64,000 bases of DNA. Source: Patescibacteria group bacterium (GTDB lineage Bacteria > Patescibacteriota > CPR2 > UBA1875 > CAIMLA01). The DNA lies in NCBI GenBank assembly GCA_041738615.1, contig JBGSPL010000004.1, forward strand, positions 129,203 through 193,202. Reading direction: 5' to 3'. The notes beneath the pieces were generated by a model. It was not told the origin of the DNA, made no database searches, and was given only the letters and a program-made list of their open reading frames with translations. The first letter of the stretch is position 1; every line of letters begins with the position of its first letter. This document shows positions 59,401 to 64,000 of this stretch, one piece after another. The position numbers and the translations under genes were made by a program.

Positions 59401-62400
59401 TACCAGAGATGGTATAACCCCCACCTCCCCATCAAACGTTGTGGTGGCACCTTGTAGCTATCAGTCACAGGCGGCCTGTTCGGACTTTGGTAGTCCTACG
59501 CCAGACGACTCCCTAAAAGGTCATGAGGTAAAGGTATCCTGGACCAGGGCTACCGATGATGGCACCGGTGTCCAGAAGTACTATGTAATCCGTGTTGACA
59601 ATATATTTGATGGCTCCTATGTAGCGGAAGATATAGCAGCGACCCTGGTAGTGGATCCAGAAAATCCTGTCCAGGCGATGGTTGTGTATGTCGCTACAGG
59701 TATCAGTGATTATACAATCTATCATTTTAGGGTAGTTGCAGAGGACGGATCTACACCGCCAAACAAGTCACCCTACTTGCCATCTAGTGACGAGAACTAC
59801 AATTTTGCCAGAACTCCAGATGTCACTCCACCATCGGCGCCTGTTGTATCTGCTACCCCGGGTGGCATGGATGATCCAATGGCAAACGAGCCAAAGCAGA
59901 AGATCATTATCTCCTGGTCCCAGTCTGTTGATGCCGGCTCAGGAGTAAATACCTATGTTCTATATAGGGCTGACAGGCCGGGAGAACTAACTGACCAGAG
60001 CGGTTCACTGACCGATAATGAATTTATAGATATTACCAGTTCACCAAACGTCACCTGCAATTTAACGCTCCGAGAATGTACCGAGGTTGGGTTAGAAGAT
60101 GTGTCTCACTATTACTACAGGGTGAGGGCTAAAGACAACGTTGCAGACCCATATACAAATATTTCACCTTTCTCAAACAATGCCTACACAAAGACACTCT
60201 CTAGCGCGGTCCCTTCACCACCAAGAGGCCGGAAGATACCCGACTCTAGTCCACTTGCTTATGAACCATTTCCTTACGTCTATTCGATAAAGGGAGACCC
60301 CACTACTGTTGGTAGTAGGGTAGGCAAGGACATTCAGATACAATTTACCGGTAGTAGACTCAAGGACGACCAGCCATATCTAGTCCTCTATGAAGTGTAC
60401 CGCTCTACGGATAATCTCGCCTGGTCCAAAGTAGGCGGAGATATCAACCCGATTCGAAATGAAAACGACACAGACAATACTTATACAGTCACAGATACTG
60501 GCGTCGCAGATGCCACCAAGTACTACTATAGAGTGAAGGCTATCGGCAACAACCCCAATGTTACAGGCGGTGGTGAATCATACTCCGGAGTTGGTAGTAA
60601 TGTGAATCAAGGCTGGGATATCACGCCCGATGTTACTGCTCCTGCGCTACCTACGGGGCTGAAGGTTAAAGATATCCATGACGACGGGACTAACTACAAA
60701 CGAAATATCATCACTTGGGAGCGTATCGCCGAACCGAAGAGAAACGGTGACAATGACTTCCGAGAATACCGTATATATAGATCCAATGATGGGCTAGTCT
60801 GGGGACAGATTTGTAAAGCTGCTGTCGATTCTGTAAATACAGTTTATTTGCCAGGCGGGTGTGACGATACACGCCCTAATCCGCTGTATGACATCAACAA
60901 GGAGATCGGTCTCGCTACAAACTATTATATGGACCTGATACCAATAGGTGATGCGGATCAAGACTATTATTACTACGTGGCAGCTGTAGATGATGCAAAA
61001 GACGCCTATAGATATGTCAACAATAATGTTATCAATGGTTACTCCAATGAGTCAGCACCAAATCGTACACCCGATAATAAAATAGTTGCGGTGAATATAA
61101 ACCCAGCTATCGCTCAGCCAACTATTACTAGAACAGGAGACAATGCCCCTAAGGTAGTCAATGTAGGTGTCTCTACTGCCACTGTCGAGTGGTATGCAGA
61201 CCAGCTGACGGACTCCGTAGTAGAGTTTCGGGCACAAGGTACTAGTAAGTGGGTTACTATCGGTGATCGGGTACCAAAATATTACAACGAGAAACACACC
61301 GTATCTTTATTTGGATTACTGCCGACCACTACATATGAATACAAACTTATCTCGAGAAATAGTCTAGGGAACGAGGATGTAGTCGGGGATGCCGACAATG
61401 AAAAGCAATATTTACCTATCCTCACCACTTCTGGATTTAGTATCTCTAACATAGATTATACCTCCACCACCACTTCGGCTACTGTCACCTGGAACACAAA
61501 TATCTGGGCAAATGGTAACTATGTAGAATATCAAATGCAAGGAGTCACAAACGGCAGTGGCAGCGGCAATGGACCAGCAGGCCAAAATATGTCGCCAGTT
61601 CTTGACAGCAATCAGGTGCTTAGACAAAATCTAACCCCTGCAGAGATCCAGGAATATCTCCTCGGGCACAAGGTATACATCGGTGGACTCAAATCCAGCC
61701 AGACCTATAGCTTTAAGCTAAAGAGTATCTCTGTTGATGGTTATGTGACCTATTCTGACCTGGGCACCTTCACCACAAGATCCTTTGATACTGCCCAATT
61801 CTCACTAGCCCCAACTAGCTCCAATGTAGCTGATCGTAATATCACCTCTACTACTGCACAAATAGTCTGGCAGACAGCTGTACCTACGACTTCTTGGATA
61901 GAGTACGGTACGACTTCCGGCAGCTATGGAACCTCGGCAGGTGATAATACCCTCACCATGGTTCACGTCGTAACTCTAGAGGGTCTAACTCCTGGCACCA
62001 AATACTATTACAGAGCTCGCGTAAAGGATCTAAATGACGTAGAGTACACTTCACCTGAGTACTCCTTCACTGCCATCTTGAAACCCAAAATATCTAATAT
62101 GACGGTGAAGAATATTACCCCATACTCAGTGACTATTGCTTGGGAGACTAATGTTGACACAGAAACCATAGTGAACTGGGGAACTACGACCGCCTATGGT
62201 GAGAAACGTGGTAAAAACGGAGTCTCCAAAGTGCACGAGCTAGTAATAGATAATCTGCTCGACAACCAAGAGTATCACTATCAAATCCTTGCCAAGGATG
62301 AGGCTGGGAACGAAGTTGCAGACACTGACAAACTAGTCCGTACCCCACTCGATACCGAAGGGCCCAAGATTACTAATGCCAAGACCGACATTCTCCCTAT

Positions 62401-62776
62401 GGGTGAGAATGATACAACCGCATCAGTAATCATCTCCTGGAATACTAACAAGCCTGCCTCTACTCTGGTAGAGTACGACGAAGGTATCATCGGCGGTAAC
62501 TATGCTAACAGATCTGTAGAGGACACCTCACTAAATACCTCACATACCGTTATCGTAAAGAACCTAAAGCCAGCCTCCTCATTCCACTACCGTATGGTCT
62601 CTGCAGATAAACGTAACAACATTACGCAGTCGCAGGACTACACCTTCGTAACTCCTACCAAGGAAAAATCGATCCTCCAGCTAATCCTCAAATCGCTGGA
62701 GGACACCTTTGCCTGGACGAAGAATCTAAACCAATTCTTCGGAAACGTCGGCAAGAGAATCACTGGCCAGAAGTAA
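53483..62776 (+). CDS. Giant surface protein 2: long leader, 14 + 7 RCC1-like repeats, Ig-like domains, multiple FN3
   Basis: 3097-aa ORF; 14 ALMADG..SWG repeats and 7 GLKNDGT-type repeats; FN3 motifs. Confidence 0.85.
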   Translation: MAQRPRFLKARNYLRKAVGVCSSFFGVAAIKALTFIIDKSRIWRYELTYRLHLRVRKFHDVLVVKSPVYKKTTESKYAVPVKNATISAFFVSLMLFTTIQFILPYLNPFKSGLVQAGANSVTWSTNGDFTYNKSALCGATTQSQIAISGTAYTDASCTAAAADASLELNSSSTPQGALAVSGGADFALALMADGTVRSWGKNNVGQLGNGTNTESNVPVTVSGITGTTAGTRAIAVSAGSDWVGGGHALALMADGTIKSWGRNGYGELGNGATGGSSNIPVTVIGITGANAVTRAIAISAGINYSTAVMADGTIKSWGFNSTAGTLGNNSTTDSNAPVSVSNINGTTAATRATAISAGNGHTAALMADGTIKTWGAGTIGQLGNNGTSNSLVPVNVSNINGSTAALRAMAVATGNTQTLALMADGTVKSWGYNMAGELGNGSASGTQANVPVNVSVITGASAALRATAISAGARVSMALMADGTVKTWGYNGTLGNNTNDASTIPVTVTGIDGLTAVNRATYVSEGMNNGASYVLMADGKIKSWGTGTNGRLGNGSSSTQLVPVTVSGIAGAVASSRAISVSTGTFNGAAVMADGSARVWGGNTWGQLGNNSQGGASNIPVVVSNLDGSSADKRAVSISLGHYNAYALMADGTVKAWGQPGFLGNGSVYSGSVVQTVPTNVSGIDGTTPAKRAVSVSSSSSTVIALMADGTVKTWGSNNYGQLGNGNTGTDALAPVDVQGINGSSAATRAVGISSGSSNMYALMSDGTIKSWGYNLNGELGNGNTGTDSNLPVSVSIIDGLSAANRAVSMGRGTGEVRNALMADGTVSSWGKSAYSGGFGDGTYGVSNTPVKATGIDGATPANRATAVISGGYFGAGIMADGSVKFWGYNQEVPFSASTPVLVPGFSGTSSFNQSTVISSIGNTFIALEANGSIKSWGDNTNGRLGNGNTGTDSSVPVSVLNIAGGMVVALYTSPGTISGLKVDAGVGQKYKWNSVNWNTAALPANTSVTFKYRTSEDGSTWSDTTWAGAGTTQSSGSTGTADLSVLNATRYLEIQLTLTTSDGVSSPTLNDFTVTYDSLEAPANGNITMYKADGTTQLKNSSGTAVAAGVGAGWTNEQSLVIKATGLTCGSTGGTNRCGGVSNGRKPEAEIKPVGTPFATNPVSGTDTIVGTSDNSGVDQELESGYVTIPASKLTTIGSPGYHFRVRTTDEAGRVSGWTNYASDGLAFTIEQTTPTGTISIGGANVTGNYAKSTSVTLDTSSAADTGGSGLAEMQFSNNGITWSGWEAYSPTKAWTLSSGDGPKTVYAQCRDWAGNISGDTWSTKAEFSSGSLGPNLTVSGASPADYSTVSLKYELDNTVSMISGAFNNTTALRSDGTALAVGNNAYGQLTSIATWNNLKSVSAGENTHILGLKNDGTVYGAGNNSLGQVNVGSWSNIRSVGTGYASSFGITNNGTVIAIGYDAYGQLNVSGWSDIKQVSGYNHTLGLKNDGTVLCIGDNGNGQCNNVGSWSDTKKVLAGASHSVGLKNDGTLVGVGDNNNGQLNFGTWTGVKDIAVTGRGTLGLKEDGTVLAVGDNTYGPLDVGTWSNITSIECGYYHCVGLRGDGTLVATGRDYGQLAVGSFTDVKQPPLIFNSPGVLSGLVYDSGPGKTQKWMASRWQTSSLPANSRVKLRARTSDNGSSWSGYSSYITQSSAGTTSGGGAFSGLADSRYLSIELTLESDDGLGSPILSDLVLESALFSSVTLDTTPPANVTGLAGYVSDGGAALSQASWYDNKTPYFDWDDSADGDLNHYEYCLGASNCTPNLTRNTISNVALDLNNATNYPDGTYYMRVVAHDNAGQPSTTPDSWTYNFDRTTPVAVTGYSATQIHDAYIGIDWTPVSVQNGSPVTYTIERIRNTKFQEGFTVNDFAGHIWSQQTAHGYAEFTGVTGNSYQDNIALKDRGIKYAYRIKAVDETAKESPYQNDAFFGLTRDGITPTSPSNVVVAPCSYQSQAACSDFGSPTPDDSLKGHEVKVSWTRATDDGTGVQKYYVIRVDNIFDGSYVAEDIAATLVVDPENPVQAMVVYVATGISDYTIYHFRVVAEDGSTPPNKSPYLPSSDENYNFARTPDVTPPSAPVVSATPGGMDDPMANEPKQKIIISWSQSVDAGSGVNTYVLYRADRPGELTDQSGSLTDNEFIDITSSPNVTCNLTLRECTEVGLEDVSHYYYRVRAKDNVADPYTNISPFSNNAYTKTLSSAVPSPPRGRKIPDSSPLAYEPFPYVYSIKGDPTTVGSRVGKDIQIQFTGSRLKDDQPYLVLYEVYRSTDNLAWSKVGGDINPIRNENDTDNTYTVTDTGVADATKYYYRVKAIGNNPNVTGGGESYSGVGSNVNQGWDITPDVTAPALPTGLKVKDIHDDGTNYKRNIITWERIAEPKRNGDNDFREYRIYRSNDGLVWGQICKAAVDSVNTVYLPGGCDDTRPNPLYDINKEIGLATNYYMDLIPIGDADQDYYYYVAAVDDAKDAYRYVNNNVINGYSNESAPNRTPDNKIVAVNINPAIAQPTITRTGDNAPKVVNVGVSTATVEWYADQLTDSVVEFRAQGTSKWVTIGDRVPKYYNEKHTVSLFGLLPTTTYEYKLISRNSLGNEDVVGDADNEKQYLPILTTSGFSISNIDYTSTTTSATVTWNTNIWANGNYVEYQMQGVTNGSGSGNGPAGQNMSPVLDSNQVLRQNLTPAEIQEYLLGHKVYIGGLKSSQTYSFKLKSISVDGYVTYSDLGTFTTRSFDTAQFSLAPTSSNVADRNITSTTAQIVWQTAVPTTSWIEYGTTSGSYGTSAGDNTLTMVHVVTLEGLTPGTKYYYRARVKDLNDVEYTSPEYSFTAILKPKISNMTVKNITPYSVTIAWETNVDTETIVNWGTTTAYGEKRGKNGVSKVHELVIDNLLDNQEYHYQILAKDEAGNEVADTDKLVRTPLDTEGPKITNAKTDILPMGENDTTASVIISWNTNKPASTLVEYDEGIIGGNYANRSVEDTSLNTSHTVIVKNLKPASSFHYRMVSADKRNNITQSQDYTFVTPTKEKSILQLILKSLEDTFAWTKNLNQFFGNVGKRITGQK
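62081..62776 (+). repeat. C-terminal region shared with 52685-53380
   Basis: Near-identical protein, patchwork DNA identity. Confidence 0.9.
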
Positions 62777-62799
62777 AGCCCACCGATTACTAAATATTC

Positions 62800-62850
62800 G
62801 CTAAAAAAAGCACTTATGTGCTTGTTTTAGCTGTACAGAAGTACTACAAT
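62800..62850 (+). promoter_or_regulatory. Palindrome plus promoter, copy 3
   Basis: GCTAAAAAAAGCAC-TTAT-GTGCTTGTTTTAGC; TTGTTT-17-TACAAT. Confidence 0.75.
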
Positions 62851-62872
62851 TTATATATAACTTGCGAGGGTA

Positions 62873-64000
62873 ATGAAACCTAGAAAAGCTCAGCTAAATT
62901 CAGTGTGGAAACGAGCTACAAGGCTACTATCAAAGAGTAGTAATTTTAGGTTACTCAGTTTTTCGTCATTGCGAGGGGCGAAGCAATCTCCTCCCCCCCG
63001 CAACGTCATTCCGGACCCCGCCTCGACCGTATACGATTCGGGCAGGTTGTTCCGGAATCTCTCTGTGTCGCTCTTACGTTTATTGTCATTTGCCTGGTCA
63101 TTATTCAAGGTAGCTCTCTCCTTTTTGGCAAAGAATATCATCCTGGGCATTATAAGAAGCATCGATTATCTAATTAAGCTGCTTCAGATTCTTCGATATG
63201 AACTCACCTACAAGTTCCATCTCAAGGTTCGCTCGGTACATGACACCTTGGTCATACGGGTCCCGGTCTATAAAAAAGCTACCGAACACAAGCTAGCTGT
63301 GCCAGTGAGGAACGCTACCGTGTCCGCATTCTTAGTCTCATTTCTGCTTTTTACATTTGTGCAGTATGTATTGCCGAACCTCAACCTTTTTACTCCGAAT
63401 AAAGCCTACGCAGGGTCCAATAGTAAAACATGGACTACGAATGCAGACTTCAGAAATAATAAAGCCTCTTATTGTGTAGAAGGTAATCCAGGCACCAATA
63501 TTCCGTCGAATGTAGTAGTGTCTGGAACGACCTACAGCTCTGTGAATAATTGTCAAAATCAGGATACAAATAATGCCGCAGATTTGAGCCTAAACACAGG
63601 TCCCTTTCCTGATCCGAATTCAATTACTTCGGCAGGGTCTATCTCGACCGGTAATTATGGGGGCATGACAGCAGATCCTACTTCAAATAAATTGTATGTT
63701 GCAAATTACATAACCAATAAACTAGACATAGTTAACACACTCACTAACACAGTAACAAATTCTATTTCTACGGGCAATCGGACCCGCGAAGTAGCTATCA
63801 ATCAAGTTTCAAGAAAGGCCTATGTAACTGTTGCTGTGGATCCACCGTCATCTAGTAAGATAGTGGTAATAGATTTAAATACAGAGACAGTAATCAAATC
63901 CTTAGTAATTAGTAATATTGGTGGTACATTAGCCGTTAACCTGAGCACAAATAAAATATATGCGACGTCAGGGTCATCGCTTTATGTTATTGATGGTGTT
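62873..64000 (+). CDS. Giant surface protein 3 (5' part, runs off window): shared leader, YVTN/YncE-like beta-propeller; not in ORF track
   Basis: Open frame from ATG 62873 to the window end; RYELTYKFHLKVRSVHD...VPVRNAT...KAYAGSNSKTWTTNADF matches paralogs; NKLYVAN, RKAYVT, NKIYAT repeats. Confidence 0.85.
   Translation, partial: MKPRKAQLNSVWKRATRLLSKSSNFRLLSFSSLRGAKQSPPPRNVIPDPASTVYDSGRLFRNLSVSLLRLLSFAWSLFKVALSFLAKNIILGIIRSIDYLIKLLQILRYELTYKFHLKVRSVHDTLVIRVPVYKKATEHKLAVPVRNATVSAFLVSFLLFTFVQYVLPNLNLFTPNKAYAGSNSKTWTTNADFRNNKASYCVEGNPGTNIPSNVVVSGTTYSSVNNCQNQDTNNAADLSLNTGPFPDPNSITSAGSISTGNYGGMTADPTSNKLYVANYITNKLDIVNTLTNTVTNSISTGNRTREVAINQVSRKAYVTVAVDPPSSSKIVVIDLNTETVIKSLVISNIGGTLAVNLSTNKIYATSGSSLYVIDGV
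62964..63060 (+). repeat. Two GTCATT-headed REP/RPE-like palindromic elements within the CDS
   Basis: CGTCATTGCGAG..GAAGCAATCTC (62964-62990) and CGTCATTCCGGAC...TCCGGAATCT (63004-63060). Confidence 0.6.

Noticed and set aside
62890-63556. Minus-strand ORFs 62890-63162 and 63338-63556
   Set aside because: Antisense shadows of the giant protein 3 frame, which is open from 62873 to the window end

Overview
Bacterial chromosomal window. The gene content and organisation point to a Patescibacteria/CPR-type genome (inference): compact housekeeping genes, many apparently leaderless starts, Elp3 and giant FN3 surface proteins. Recognisable genes are ssrA (tmRNA), smpB, argS, dinB, elp3 with a head-to-head Trm9-like methyltransferase, typA, pyrG, a tsaC-like gene, rmuC, pheS/pheT, an L,D-transpeptidase, glycosyltransferases, NUDIX and repair enzymes and an MFS pump. 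Three things are not explained by ordinary annotation. (1) A 1.24-kb gap after dinB with no credible ORF holds two tandem, separately promoted, highly structured candidate ncRNAs of about 550-590 nt; the second contains a tRNA-like NCCA module. (2) Several GC-rich islets each have a near-consensus promoter, tiny orphan ORFs with strong SD sequences and a long irregular 3' hairpin. (3) A tandem array of at least three giant surface proteins (about 3000 aa) shares a long leader and a conserved palindrome over each -35 box; the two complete ones have near-identical C-termini, and all carry different beta-propeller or lectin payloads inside a repeated split carrier domain. All calls were read by eye from the sequence; no searches or folding programs were run.
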